From Takakia lepidozioides (Eukaryota; Plantae; Bryophyta): a DNA stretch of 64,000 bases. The notes below the pieces were generated by a model. It searched no databases. It saw nothing but the letters and a program-made list of their open reading frames with translations, and had not been told where the DNA came from. The position numbers and the translations under genes are program-made. Numbering within the stretch: position 1 is the first letter of the stretch; every line of letters starts with the position of its first letter. This document shows, piece after piece, positions 36,601-51,446 of the stretch. The DNA is taken from contig CM060732.1 in the NCBI GenBank assembly GCA_030704615.1, forward strand, positions 43,276,001-43,340,000, in the 5' to 3' direction.

Positions 36601-37921
36601 CCAGGACCATGATCCCTACCTCATCTTTCCCCACCAAATCATCAACCACATAGTGGTGCACTGGCTTCCTCTTCTTTTTATTGGGATGGTCATCTGCAGC
36701 CTCATCTGGCAGGTTCTCCTTGTCAAAGAAAACGCCCCGATAGTATGATGGAGCAAGCTGAATTGCCATCGCTTGACACATTTTGCACAGATTAGGTACC
36801 AGCTGTGCAAAAAATTGCGTCACCTGTTGCAGCTGGTATACTACGTGCATGTCACCTGCGGGTGGGGTTGCCAAGGTGCCTGTAACAGGCATTCCCTGTG
36901 GAAAATGTGGATGCATAAGCTGCTGCCCAGGGGGCCGCATGAACGGCATTGGCAGTGGGAATTGCCCAGCTTGTGCCGGTGGTGGCGGAAAGAACGGTGG
37001 AAACTGGGCTCGCATGTTTGGGGGGTAGGGGTGCGGCAGAGGCGGAGGGAAGGGCATCCGCGGTGCCAGCTGATTCATGCCTGCTCTCTTCCATTTGGGA
37101 GGCGTAGGAACAGGGACCGTCTTTCTTTGCTGGGATCTCTTGCGACTTTTCCCCTCTGGTTTGGGTTGTTCAGAAGCACCATCATCATCTTCCATGCGAT
37201 GCTGCGCCTCTGCCAAATGGTCAGGAAGACCTGCTGTCTCTGGATTATTTTGCGAGGGCGACGGCGGCTGTTCCGGGTGCAGCCACACAGGTGCTACTGG
37301 TGGCTGGTTATAAGGCTGTGCATAGTCTTGAAGAATGACGAGTGGCCTGGGCATTATCTTCTTTGTTTTCACTTTCAGCTCCCTGCTCCGAGGCCTGCCT
37401 AATTTCTTCTTTGCCTTCGGATCTTGTAAGGCCTGAGGTTTTGCCCCATCTTCAGTCTGATCCTTGGCCGCAGAATTGACATCGGCGGAAACTGGCCCTG
37501 CTGCAAGCGGTGACACTGGTTTCTCACAATCCGCTTGTAAAAGAGACTCCTCTTTGGAAGCAATCTCCAGTTTCCGCAGAGGTGGGCTGCCCTCAGCTGC
37601 CCGCATGGACCTGCCACTTGACTCCTGCGTTTCATTTACGGTCTTGCCTTCTTGATTAAAGTTTTGCTCTGCAAGAACAATGTCCTGAGATTCTTCACTC
37701 CCAGCCTGAGTAAAATTGGAAGCACCATCCAGCTCCCCATTTCCAAACTCTTGCTGTTTCACAGGCACTTCATGACTGCTAAAGCTTCCATCGCAGTAAG
37801 TAAGCTCATTATCCTCATTCTGATTCGAATTCAGAAGAACATCAACCGTGTGATCCGATGGGCCCGATGCCGCCTTCTGGTGCAAGCCACTGACCAGGCT
37901 CTCCGCTGCTTGGGATTCCAT
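33663..37921 (-). CDS. Uncharacterised ~1165-aa protein: Pro-rich IDR, central globular segment, coiled coil, Q/H-rich C-terminus
   Basis: Frame-consistent GT-AG exons 37921-36464, 36153-36038, 35731-35699 and 35553-33663; basic NLS-like stretches. Confidence 0.75.
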
Positions 37922-39922
37922 TGAAGCAACTGGCTAGGCCTCAACCGCCCACCATCATATCCGCGCCAGAGCCATTTCAAGCGACCACTGCACACACCCG
38001 TGTCTAAACTTCAGCATTCATCTTCAATTCCCCTAAGCCCAAAGGATCCATGACGGTCGGAACGGAGCCCCATGCACCAACACAACGACACCCCTAACAT
38101 CTGCCAAGAAACAACAAAACCTAGTTTCCAACTGTTGTCAGCGGGAAGCCCACCAAGACTAAACTGGGTCTGTCACCGTCACAGCAAATCTAACCCAAGT
38201 ATACGTACCAGAGGTCTCGGAAACACCCACCTGTGTCTTGCAAAGCAAAGACACCACACCTCCACTCCCTCCCTCAAGAAGTCAGTAGTTGAAAAACTTT
38301 CTTGCTCGAACAGGGTGGGAGGCTCTCTTAACAGAATCAGGTCGAGCCCTGCTCACGGTCTAGTTCCGTGTCAGAAACTGTCCCCAGGTCACCAGGAATC
38401 AGACTTACAGGATGCATGTTCTCAACGAAAGTCAGACGGATGTAGCACAGTATCCAACCTTCACACAGTAAGGACCCCCCCCCACGGCTTTCTTGGCTCC
38501 ACAGAGGGCCTCAGACCTTTTCTCTCCTTAGAAGAACTAGCTGCTGGTGGAAAGAGAATTCTTGGAATCATTTCTGGACTAGCCTTTTTCTTTCATTTAG
38601 CTTGCTCAACAATGGACACTTTTCAGGAGTGTAGGAATGAATGGCAGGTCTTAGGGGTCCAGTGATGCTTGAAATTCGGCGCATACTTATGCAACTAAGT
38701 TTTACTTGAAGGTGCAACAGAGTTATCTCTTGAGCTTTTCTGGTCGCTGGAAGTGGAAGTGACCAGAAGATGAAGAAGCATTTATAAATGAATGTGCAAG
38801 TGAAAACCAACCATCTGTTGAGACTCTCTTTCAACCTCTGACACTCAAAAGGTTGAAAGTATGCAGCTGAAGAGTGAAACATCTCCAAGCATGGTGTATT
38901 AGTAAGGATCACTCATTCAATATCCATCTATAATTCACGTGGGTACTGAGCTGTGCATGGCCTGGACAACGGCCATTCAAACTCATAATCCACATGTAGA
39001 ATTTGAGATGGTACAAACCAAATCTACAAAGGTGCACAGGTGCAATAAAGAAGTAGCATGAAATGTCTTTTCTCCCCCTCAATTGTCACAGATAAGTTAA
39101 TCAGTGGAAGGTTCTGCATGTTGCAAAGAGAACCAACACATGCTCCAGTATGGAGACAAGACAATAAAATCATATTTTTGAAGAACAAGATGACTGCTCC
39201 AATACCGCTCAATAGGCTTGAAGCTGGTCCACAGGCCACAGCTTGACAGATGCAGTGAAATATGGTAGACCCCCACAGCAAGCCTCCTAGGTTGGTGTGT
39301 CCTGTGTGGTTTTAAACCAGCTCTGATAGAGACTCATGGCAGGCCTACTTGGAGGATTCCTGATTTTCCAACAGCTTTCGTAAGTCTGTCTGATTTTGAC
39401 GTGTGCAAGGGCTGCAGGCAAACCAAAAACCACAACAAGAATTTCATCAAGGAAAACTAGAGAATTAAACATTGCAAAAATGAGGGTGCAGACCTATAGC
39501 TGTGCACTGCTATGATCCTACTTGATTCACTACCATGTTTCCCTGGCAATGCATAAGCCTTCCAATAACAATCTGCAAAACAAGTAGAAAACAGCTAGGT
39601 GAAGTTGACCAATACCAAATAGGAGAGCAGAAAAGGGACATTGATGGTGCCCGAACAGACTCATGTATTGTCCTTTCCAGAAGATCGCTGTCAGGAATTC
39701 AAGTCCATCATCTTGCAGCTGTCAATCTGCAAGACGATTCCTCCAAAAGGTACGAGTCTGTAGTCCAAAGATCTCAGCTGAAGTGGAAGCCATTGATACA
39801 CTCCGTATCATCCAACTGTTATTCCCATTACTGAATTGATGATTGACCCTTGCCTGGGTGCTGGGTGTGCCATTTGTCATCTGCCCCTGCATTGCCACGC
39901 TATGAGCTTTGAGCTCACTGTC

Positions 39923-42900
39923 TTAGGTGTGCAGCTCCATGAAATACCTTTTGGACTCATGATTTAAGGCACTTGTACTATTTAAGTTTGTTACAGACCC
40001 ATCCACACCAGCGCATAAACAAGTGGATGTCTTCTCACCAAGAATGGCCTTAATGTCAGACTCATCCCAAATGTCGCCTTGCAGAAGAGTACTTTCATAC
40101 CCATCACCTTGCAAGGCATTATCATTTGCCTGTCTCCCCAATTTCCTACTCATCAATGCTGCTGTATTTGTTCCTTTACATGTCCTAAGAAATTCTGAGG
40201 AAAATGACGGCTTCAGCTTTTGCTTCTCTTCATTGGTGTCCCCTAAGGAGGGATACTGTATAATCGCCGGTACTTCAGATCCCAAAGAAGTCCCCAAGGA
40301 AGGCTCTGATTTTGATGGAGCTCCAATATCATCATTATGATCGCATATCAAGTCTTCGAAAACCACCCTAAAACATACAGGCTTTGTCTCCTCAGAAGTA
40401 GGTTCCGTTTGTTCTAAAATAGATCTTTGTCGTAAGCCCTCAACCACTTCATGCCTGAGGGTTGAAAGAATGTTGGGGATGTGCTTGGATTCTCTGTGCT
40501 CCATTGTGGTTGGCTCTGGAGCTATGGCAAGAGTTTCCTCCTCCGCCATCACCTCCCCCTCTGAGATTGCAGAACGCTCTGGCTCATTGTCTACCGTAAC
40601 TCTCATAGTTGACTCTGTCAGACATTTGCTAGAATACAATCCTGGCCCTGGCAATGCTTCAAAGAGCATGCATCCTTTAACCCTGGGAATGCTTACTGAC
40701 AGAGCACACGCTATCCTAGGTTCAAGACAGTCTATATCCTGCTTACGGCCGTCTGCCCCTTGATGTCCACTTGTCTCAAGCTCCAAAAGAGCTTCAGCGG
40801 AAAATGGAAAAGGCTGGGAAACATCATCAACACAGCTATCATTAACTTGCGGGTTTCGAGGAGGTAAGACCCCAGCTCTCTTGCCAGGCAACATCAGAAT
40901 GTATTTATGTGAATCCATCATGCCATGCACCACTTCCACCACTGGATCACTCTTGACTTTCCTGAATTCCCTCTTTACTCCTGAACTTGACCCTTCTTCA
41001 CTAGTGCTCACCATGTTGAACACACTAGGGATGTTTGAGCACAGTTCTATGTCCTGGAGCTTTGCCTGTGCAGAAAGATGATCTCTCCTCCACACATTGG
41101 CTTTAAAAATGCCTGCCTCATCCTGTAAATGCAGCAGACTTCCTCCAGGAGCCTTACAATTGATTTCAGAAGAGGTCTCAGAAAACACAGTTGACGATAC
41201 AAAATCTAGGATGCTTTTGGGCCACACGCTTGTTGAGGGTGAGGAGAAAACCAAATCTGAAACTGGTGGACAAGACAAAAATCTGCCATCACTCCTAGCA
41301 GGGAAAACTTGTACAAGGTCGGTGTCCACAGGTTCTGGGGAAGTCACTGGGGGCAGGTCCTCATCGAGCCTCCGTGTTGCCAGTTTACCCAGCCGCCTTT
41401 CTGCAATCAACAGCTCCTGGCTTGCCTCTGCCAATTCCCAAGCCAGACCACATGGCTGGTAACACAAACTATGTTCCACCGGGAGCACTACAAAGTGCAC
41501 TGGCGATTCCTGAGCAGAAGAGACCAGCTTGTTTATGAATACTGACCTAGAAACGTCAGCAGAGGCTTCTGAAGAGCTCAAGTTCTTGTCACATGTGTCG
41601 AACTCCATAGGCTGTCCTCCATCTTTTCGGAGTGAAGTTCTCACAGATGCCAAATCTCTCTCCCTGGTCTCAGGGGCAGATGGAGAAAATAGTGCATCTC
41701 CATTCACAAATTCTACTGCTTCCATGACTGGGTCAGACCTCCAGTAGTGCTCAGTCCCATTCCCCCACCTTTGAATCCCCACTCCGTCAATGACTTGAGC
41801 AGAAGCCAAAAATCTTCTGGTCAGATCTGTGTCCCCTAGAGTTGGGGAAATTATGGAACCATGTTGACGTTGGGGTTCAAGAGGCATTGCAAATCTGTTT
41901 GTCTCACGTGCGTTGGCAGCTTGGGAAAAATCCTCCTCAGGGACACGAGCAGGCCGCACAGATGACCTGTGATATATGGAAATGAGACATGTTAGAAACC
42001 TAGTTCCAATTGTACTGTTACATGAACAGATCAGTTTCCTTTTTCCAGACCATGATCGCATGGCAAAGAGATGTTCTCAAACTTAGGGATCCATGGACTA
42101 AGATGACCCTCCAAACTGGTACCACTACCTAACACATCTCTGTGAGAACAAAAACTGGCAGTTGCTTTACCTGTTGTAGAAAAGCATATAAGCTCTTTCA
42201 GACATCACCTTGTCCAAGTGCACTTCTTTTACCTGCCCAGCAGACATCCCACTCATGATTTGTACAATTGGAGAGACACGGGATAGCAACATTGATCAAC
42301 CCTTCTGATTATCCTGTAAGCTTCATAATAAGCCAAAGCCTCACCTGATGACTAGTATTCTGACCTCCTGAGATAGAGAAATCATAAAAATTCACAAGGA
42401 AGCCTAATACTGGAAGGCTTACCTTGCTATCATCAACTTTGTACCAACAACCCACTGAATCCTTAACATAGCAGATGTAATGTCCAAAGAAGGAGGCATT
42501 TAGCATATCCACATGGACAACCACAGCATAGAGCCTGTAAAGTGGTGGTTTATCGCCTTTCCCACTCATGTACGGCACCATATCCAGCACTTCAGGAAAG
42601 GTGACCTGCTTGTTCAGCTTCCCAAACTTCCCACTCTGCACCAAGTTGCAATAATCACTGATATTTTGTAAACCTGAAATGAAATCTATATCCAGTAACA
42701 ACTCCCCAAACCAGACTATAATTGCAAATTATTGTGATGTCCCCTTCACAAAAACCACAGGGTTCTGCAGCTCCATAGTCTGCCAACATAGTGTCATACA
42801 AGATGCACCCTTGTATTGGCTGAATGACATATGTTTTCATATTGAAAAATGGCAAGCAGAATCCAAACAAGAATCACCTGAAAGCGCTTGAGAGCAATAG

Positions 42901-45900
42901 TAAGAATGTTGGGTGCTTCATGCACAGTGAGCTGCTTACATGCTCTTACATACGCCTTACACCTGCACAGCAATTGCCCAGGTAGCACACTGTTACACAA
43001 AGAGAAAGAAGAATGGATAATGCAGTTCTTAACGAATTTGTGTTGCAAACTTTGACCACCTGCTATAGGGGTGAGCACAACTCACCACATGTCACAGATA
43101 CGCCTACTTTTAGAGAGTTAACCCAACATGTTCTGGACTATGAACCGTTTGAAGCCACTGCTTCCCACACAAATTGAGTAGTCTTGTAAATAGATGACAA
43201 TACGTTTGTGAGAACCCCGATGCCAAAGGGCCATTCTTGTGACTTCAGGACCATACCTATGCAGCAATTGACAACACACGCAGACATGTGGACAACCAGC
43301 GCATACCCTAGAAGGATGAGTAGTACACACCGGTCACATTTGTACTTATTTTCACCATCCAACCATTCAGGAGCTGTGAACTGCGCAAGAGCATCCTCTA
43401 ATGACTTAACAAAGCCTTGCATCTCCACTGCAACATCCATCATTTTCTCATACCGATTAGATTCATGTAGGCACTGCATACACTTGACCTGCATTCCAAA
43501 GATATTAAACAGCACATCCCATGTTATTCTTTTGTCCACTTCAAAAGCTGTAATGACAACTCCAAAGACCTTCTCAAAGACCACTGTTGTCAAATCACAC
43601 TTCAAACAAGCTAGCAACACCAAAAGAGGCAAAATTCACTTGCCCTCAAGACCATGAACATACAAGGAGAAGTGACATATGGAAGAGTACTAGTGAATGC
43701 CTACCTGCGACTGTAGGTGCCCACCAAATATATGATGTATAAGTGTAGTCTCTTGTGTAGAAGGATCAACAGCCTTCTCCCCTCCCACTTCATCGAGGCA
43801 AATGGATTGCATGGAATCAATAGCAAACCTAACCTCAACACCAATTACAAACCATGAAAATATCATCCCACAGGTATAGAGAACTTACAAGAAGTAAATC
43901 CTCCATAGTACCACATCAACACATTTGAACTACCTTGCAGATATTTCTTGGCAGGTATATTAAGGAGAAACTGCACATACTTACTCAACATCAATTAATA
44001 AAAGATCATATTGACCAGTTTTGCTTCCTGCTACGAGCTCATGAACATTATGACAGACACGAGACATTTCAAACCATGCAATTACTTAATATCTTACCTC
44101 ATAAACTCATGGGCATCTTCTTGCCTGCCATATCCAAGATGATTCCCAATGTCTCGAATTCTTGAAAGTATTTTGATGGGTGAAAAAGGGTTCGAATTCT
44201 GCCTTACCCTCCATACATGATCTTGGAGCTCACACATAAAACACCAGTCATTTCTCCTGCCTGTTATCAGACAAGGAAGAGAAGTAAAGCCTTTGAGGAG
44301 AAAAGCCCACCCAAAGAAGACTAAGCCACCAACAAAGGATGAGGAAATGGCCAATGGAGACTTGAAAAGTGACCTCACAGATTTCAACATCACACCTTTC
44401 CCAACAGCTGATGGTAATGAAATGGTACATACAGTCTTCAGCATGACCACCTTCAAGCAGATATGCAGTGAGAGGTCGTGTGTACGTAAGGCACTGCAAG
44501 ACCACACTGGCAAAGCAGCTGCGTCGAAAACCCAGACCAAGCATACCCACATCAGCACTCCTGAACCTAACACTTGCTTCTCCCTTTAGTACACCAGTCA
44601 ACACCTTCATGGATGCCTAACAAAGATAAAAGCCTGCTTTCTCGTCAAGTACATGTCTATCAAAGATTGTCTACAGAGAGTCCAAGCACAAGATGCTACT
44701 ATTTGTTACATTAGCCTATTAGAAGAAAGTTGGTTAAGGGGAGGAAAAAATTCACAAAGAGCTTTCACGAAATGCACCTGTTTCCACAGTTGATTAAGCC
44801 ACATGGAGGAAATCTTAGTAGATCCCAGTTGAAAAACTTGATAAAATAGTCATATGGGAACAATATCTGACCAGGGAAACAAGAAAAAATCATTTGCTAG
44901 CTTTAATACCGAACCCATAAACCTGCAGTAACCGATACACCTTTGGATTTTATAGTACAACTATAGGAAGAGGCCTAAACCAGAGAGTATGTTTTCATGA
45001 GTTAGTCCCCAGCCTGGGGCACCACTCCTACAATCTGGTCTGGTTTTCCATCTGGAAAATTCACCCAAGGTGCCTCTAAATTGCATGACAAGGGATATCC
45101 AGCATTCTGTTCAGCTGTGGAAGAAAAAGATTCATGCATGTAACATGCAAGCTAGTGATGAGCGTCAACCAACATACCTTCTTAGGCTTTGGCAGGCTCC
45201 CATTCAATGTAACAGGAAAGACTGTTGGCTTTGACACCTGTGCGTTGGGTTGTGGAAGGCGCCCATCTGAAGCAACAGAAAAAGGTGTTGGCTCTGACAT
45301 CTGCTCGTTGTGTTTTGGCAGGAGCCCATCTGTTGTAACAGGAAAGAGTGTTGGCTCTGACACCTGCTTGATGGGGTTTGGAAGGGCCCCATCCGATGTC
45401 ACAGGAAAGGGTGTTGGCTCTGACACCTGCTTGTGATTTGGAATGCTCCCATCTGGTGTAACAGGAATGGGTGCAGGTTTTGACACCTGCATTTTTGGTT
45501 TGGGAAGGTTCCCATCTGGTGCTGGCTTTGACAGCTGAGGAGATGCTACTACCTCATCAACACGAACTGGATCAGGTACATCACGAAAGTTCATCCTATT
45601 ATCATTCCTAGAGCTCCCCGGGCTGTGCACATCAGAAAAGTTTTGACTGCCACTTCCTGAACTCCTTGGGCTGCTGGTGTCAGGCGCCCGGCATTCATAT
45701 TTGTGACCTTGAGTCCAATGTTGCATTTGACATGCTGCAGAACTGGGCAATCCCAGAGGACACCAACAGTTGAAGTCACAAAATGTGCACAGCAAATGAT
45801 GTGATTGATAGCTTATCAGACGGCATACAGGGCTCCCACCCTTATCACAACCTCCCCAGTGTGCAACCACCTACTGAGTCTGTAAACAGGCTGAGAACTT

Positions 45901-47013
45901 GCATCCATAACTTAGAAAGTAAACTGACCCTGAAATTTCTCCAGACATAGCATTGAAAATTATCAGCTTTTTAAGGCTGCGATAAGCAGCACAAAAGAAG
46001 ACCAAAAGACAGCCTGCCAACTGAGCTCAAAGCTCACTCTTCCACAAGGTCACTTGTTGGGCTATCCCACAGTCTGCATGTAGCTACATTGTCTCCATTG
46101 CTCCTGTATGATTCTAAAATTATTGTCTCACCGAAGGTTCATTCTCTACAATATAAGAAGATTGTGGGTGTGGAAAGAGGCCCCCACCTGGCACAATTCT
46201 GATCAATGGAAGGGTTATATCAAACTTTTGTTTTACCTCTGATGCACTTTAAGACAATAAAAGAAGTCATGCCAAAATCAAAACCCCGGATAACCAAAAA
46301 TGATGTTGAGAACTGATCATCTTCAAGGTTTGACAGGTTCTATGGACTCACATCGTTTTACAGTCCACACACTTGTGTACCTTACCCAGAAGCCAACCCA
46401 CTCAGACTCAATCTGCGAAATTGGACATGACATCCTTCGGTATAGCTAAAGAGACTTTTGGGCAAGAGTTGACCTGAGAAACCTCTAATTCAAAATCCTT
46501 CACCACGTAGCTGAACACAACTGTGTATGCAGGACTCACATACAGATAATCTTATTTGAGAAAAAAGCCAAATTCCAAATTATGCTGGCTCAAGAGAGTA
46601 TCGTGCGATGCCTAAGGAAAGATACGACCTTGGAATTATGACAAGTCCTACCAATTCCTGAGCTTCAAGTGTAGAGACACCCACATCAAACACCCAATAC
46701 AGACAAGGAAAAATCAGGAGAGAGAAATTGCCAACCAATATCGCACAGCCTTGCATCGAGCGCACCGAGTTCTTGTTGGGTTCGAACAAACAAAACAATA
46801 ACTGCGGCCTGCCAACATCGATGATGAATATTCGGCTTCCGCCTCTGCCTCGATCCTGGCTGCTTCTTCTGCTGCCAAGTGCTGCAGCTTCCGAAACTCA
46901 GCCTGTTTCGCTGCTCTCAACTTGAACTGGTGTGCAAAAGCCACACTCGCCACCACTACGATAACAAGAGCCAACAGTACAGCTGCAATCCCTGTCTCCG
47001 CCAAATCATGCAT
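39923..47013 (-). CDS. Ubiquitin-specific protease with N-terminal TM helix and zf-MYND (UBP15-19 subfamily)
   Basis: CFVC...CARCKAVRY|[10 protein letters not shown]...HKYEC; Cys box GLINCGNSCF; QEDAHEF; His box GHYICYVK; AYMLFY; multiple GT-AG exons; 3' end uncertain. Confidence 0.92.
45178..45538 (-). repeat. About six 60-bp coding tandem repeats ([19 protein letters not shown]) in the UBP gene
   Basis: Repeated tgacacctg period and repeated peptide. Confidence 0.9.
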
Positions 47014-48774
47014 CTAACTGCTCCCTTGCATCCCCGCCTTGACGGCATCAAATCAAAATCCAGTGACCTGGGTGGCCAATGACAGAGGACTGACGAACAA
47101 TCTACTGTACATTTACAGACGGCGGGCTGGCCCCTCACGCATGTCCAAGATCCGAATCAGGAACTCTAAGAAAGAAGCTAATCCGTGGGAAGGCAGCAAT
47201 TAGAGAACACAATTCCGGAGCAGGGAAGCTGCTTGCGAATATCTCGACTGCCAACTGATCTTGAGTCCCAAAAACGCTTCCGGTGGGGAAGACAGTTGGT
47301 GCATTTGCGCACCCAGCAGAGTGTTTGATCTGCAGAAATCTGAAGCAGTCATTGACCGAATACTTGCTTCAATATATGCTGGAGTGAACCTAGTGATGAG
47401 GAGCAGCGGTAAGGAAAACCATTGTTCTAGGGCAGGCTCCATTGAGAATGCCTCGGATGCGGCCCAAAAATCATGGCGCAATCGTGGGGCTCTGCCGGAT
47501 GCCCTTTCCACCTGGTTTATTAGTTGAACAGTCCTCAGATTCTCTTTGTCACGTGTCCAGCCCACTTCCCGTTTTATAAGCAAGCAGCGGTCGTCACACA
47601 TCTCTCAATCATCTCCTTCATGCCATTTGGGTGGTGCGCAAAAGGTCAGGATCTTCCCAACGAACAACAACTTCATGCTCAGAGAGGAAACTGGATTCTA
47701 CTCTATCCGTGGATGGCTGGAGCCTGTTAAAGAGATGGACACTCATCGCATAAATCTTTCAACTTCCCATGACATCGTTGCTCATGAAACTTGAATTTTT
47801 ATCTTCCAGTACAGAATCCGATCAGAGTGTGACAGCACTTCAATTCTCCAACCGTCTCATCAAATGTCCCTCGGTACTTGAGAGAAGCCCAAACGCAAAG
47901 AGTCCACAGTCCATTGAGCAAAACGCATATAAAGCTTTCAGCAAGAATGACTCTCGCACTTGAGTAGTACCCCAGTCCATACCAAATGGTTCTTCAGTTT
48001 TGGTCCAAACGTCCAAACCTTCGATTTTACATGGTATTTGATCATTGCCTTGGACTTGGCCAGGCTTAACACTGCTCATTTGCAAGAACATCCAATCAAA
48101 GTGCATAAAGATTAAAAGGACTGTTGATGGGCTGCATCTTATGACTTGACAGGAATCTAAATGCTACTCACAAGTAATTGAAAGTTGGGGACCTTCTGAA
48201 AAGGAAGAGTCCTGGTTGTGCATGTAAGTCTGCTTCATGCATTGGCTAATGCTAGGCATGCTGAATATGCCAGCCAGCATGTTGTGAGGATCCAAGTTTT
48301 GTATCCCTTCTTCCATAATAGAAATACACACATAAATTCACATCATCATTTGACCCAACTACACTTCTATCATGAACCACCAGATTATTCGACTAATTTA
48401 AGTGGCTTTGAGGACATTTGACATAAGAGCTGTCGTCTTCTCTCAGTTGGCATCATTATGCATTTGACTGCGTAACTAAAGCTAAAGATGCAACTGGTGT
48501 ATCAGTCCCATTTTAATGTGGGGACTTTGTCTGTGGCATCTTGCTCCAGAGCGCCCACAATAACCATAACACCGCTGTTCCTCCAAAATCCTTCTAGGTG
48601 AAGTTGTAGCTGTTGATGATGCGTGCATGTCATCGAGCAGTTACTGCTGGATAGGCCAACACCACGTCCAGAGTGATAAACACAAAGGAAGGAAGGACGG
48701 AAAACAAGATTCCGAGACCTCACAAAGAGGTAGGGATGAAGCAGGAGGCATTATAGCAACGATCAACATGGGTG

Positions 48775-51446
48775 CTAGAGCATGAGCTTGGAGAAATACT
48801 CGTCAAAATCGCAATCAATGGTAGTTCTCTGGCCACCTGGCTGCAGCTCTGCACATGCGACAGACCATGAAGATTTAAACAAGCACCCTGTCTACCATAT
48901 GAATAAGAACACATGTTGACTGAGAGGCAGTAGCCACTGACATTATCTGCAAAACCCAACTTACTGGCATTCCTGCAATGTTGCCATGACCAATGATGCA
49001 GGTAGAGATACTGCAATCCCCTCAACAGGTTCCCACATAAACTGGGCGAGAGGTTGAGCAAGAAGTTGAAAGATATGCTTACAAAATCTTGCTTCCCTTC
49101 TACATGATGCAGAAGTTGAGAGTCAAACTCTTTCAAATCCCTTCCTTTCAAGAAGTAGAAACTACTTGAAACAGCCCAGAGAAAAAGCTCTGGTGTTCCT
49201 TGCAGTGTCCAACACTATTTCTGCTGAGAGTTGTACCTACTCATATAGTCAACCCACTGTCAATGCTTGCAGATGTGACCAAATATCAAAATGTGCGTCC
49301 AACATACAAGAGCAGGCCAGATAAGATCCTCCTCAATGACAAGCTGCATATGGACAGGTAGCTGATGCACACCTTTATTCCTGCTCAGTCGCCCAGATGA
49401 AAGAACGTACGTCTGGTGCACAGCATGACTCCCCATGTTGTCGTCCTCTTCAATCCTCGGTTGGTTATTCAGCGGAAATGAGGGTCCCCGAACTCCACAG
49501 ATTGCTCCTTGATCTGGAATTTCAATGGACAGCTGACAACTTTCATTTTTCCTTTCTCTATCTCCATCTTCGCCTTCGTCCTTGACAGTTCCAACCATAG
49601 CAGCACTACTGCTCTTCTCCAGGCAACAGTCCAGTGCCAACTGTTGATATTCGCGTGCGCAAGATTGGGGCACAGAGCCTACATGGCTTGGACCAAACAT
49701 ACTCATGCTTGGCAAGCTTCCTTGGGTTTCTATCTGTTTGCTACCTGATCCTAAATGACTGACTTCACCTTCCCAAAAGGAACTACATGTCTCCCCATAT
49801 CCTGCTGATCTAGCTTCGACGAATCTGTTTTTAGATTCCACATTTTCCGCACCAGGTGACACAGGTCCTTTGGCACTGTAAACACGTCTGAGATTTGATA
49901 GCCCCAAATGAGAGCGACCATGGCGCGGTTGCTCACTTATGATGGTACTATGAGCACCCCTGCCTTCAAGTTCAGATCCATCCAGCTTCAGTCTTTGTTT
50001 TGCTATGTTCACATTAAACTGTGACCTCAATAGATCATCTTTTTCAGTCCACAAGTCTGTTACTTGCATTTCACTGCTATCATCCTCACCGTCACTGGAT
50101 GTACAAGCACTTGTGATGCCACTTGTCTTGCCATCTCCATCGCCATCACAACTGGAGCAACTGGTGTCTAGTTCTGGTACTCCATGTGCCCTCACGCACC
50201 TCACCTGCTGCCCAAAGACATCGAGCTTCAGCCCAGCCAAGTAATGCTTCTGAATCATCAATGCATCCTCTGCACCAAGACCTTCGACTGTGGAGGTGGA
50301 CGCAGCGCACGAGGTGCTGTCACAGGAAGAAACAATCCATTGCTTCTGGCCTTTGCGATACCGCTTGCAATCTAACCCCACTACATTGATGTCCCATTTT
50401 CCTGCTGATGACCTAAACAGCCAAAAAACAAGCATAAGTAGAACCACACAGTAATTGGAAAAAAAATTCACAATCCTACATCCTAAAAGCAGGTGTCACA
50501 TGAAACACACACACACAGACAAGGAAAAGTAGACTGACAGCAAACAGCATGATTTTGGTAAAGGGGAGGTCCGCATCCGTTGTCCGAGCTGTGGAAGACC
50601 TACGTGGAGCTAGGTACATCGACCTTCGATCTATACGCACAAAGAATTTAGTGTCCAAAAGAGCCAAACTGAGTGACCACACCAACAGCTGGGCTAGTCT
50701 ATCCAAAAGTAAGAAAAAGGAGAGAGGCTGTAAATTTCCAACTCTGTGGCAAATGAAGCAGAGGGCAAGGAAAAGCCTCGTTGGATGTAAAAACACACCA
50801 GAAAATGTAATTTACTGTGCTGCACTACACCGCCAAATGCAAGGGGTATGCGCATGTCCTGTACTGCATCAGGGGATGCTGAACTCTCTGAGGATACAAA
50901 GCCCCCAACCTAGTTGCACACTGGAAAAAAAAGTTAAGGCCACAATTCGATCTTAGCAAACAACTTCAGCAAACCAAGGCCGTTAACAATTAATCAGTTT
51001 CATGACAGTGCGGCATTTGACACCAAAACTCGACAATATTGTTCTTGCGCGCCTTCCATCTTCCCCAGGTGCAAGCTCTCGGGAAAAATTAAGTGCCGGC
51101 CATTGAATACTGGGTATGGTAGAAAACCGAAAATCAAAGTGGCAGACATTCAGAAGACTTACTCCTTGCGCTTCCGCATATCAAGATGGCAAATCCTTAG
51201 ACTGTCAGCGTCACTGACCGTAGGACTTTCAGAACTGCAATCAGGCTGACTATCAGTGCACCCCACTGGCGGCCCTGTCTGTTTCTCCACTTCCGCAAGC
51301 CAAAGTCTCGTCAAGCTCGCCGATTGCACCGCCGTTCCTACGTTGCCTGCCATTTGGCCTTCTCCTGCTCCTGCCTTGCGCTTCCTCCCTTCTACCAGCT
51401 GCGGCATGGCGGGTACGTTATTGTAGCCATCAATACTCCCCTCCAT
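48775..51446 (-). CDS. Conserved uncharacterised plant protein ending YVLSSGR...TIDCDFDEYFSKLML
   Basis: Exons 51446-51163, 50412-49373 and 48836-48775 are frame-consistent; the C-terminus resembles the TIDQEFEQYFSMLML-type ending of an unnamed plant family. Confidence 0.75.

Noticed and set aside
47840-48106. DCGLF motif suggesting a Ulp1-type protease fragment
   Set aside because: No upstream His/Asp/Gln motifs; probably chance
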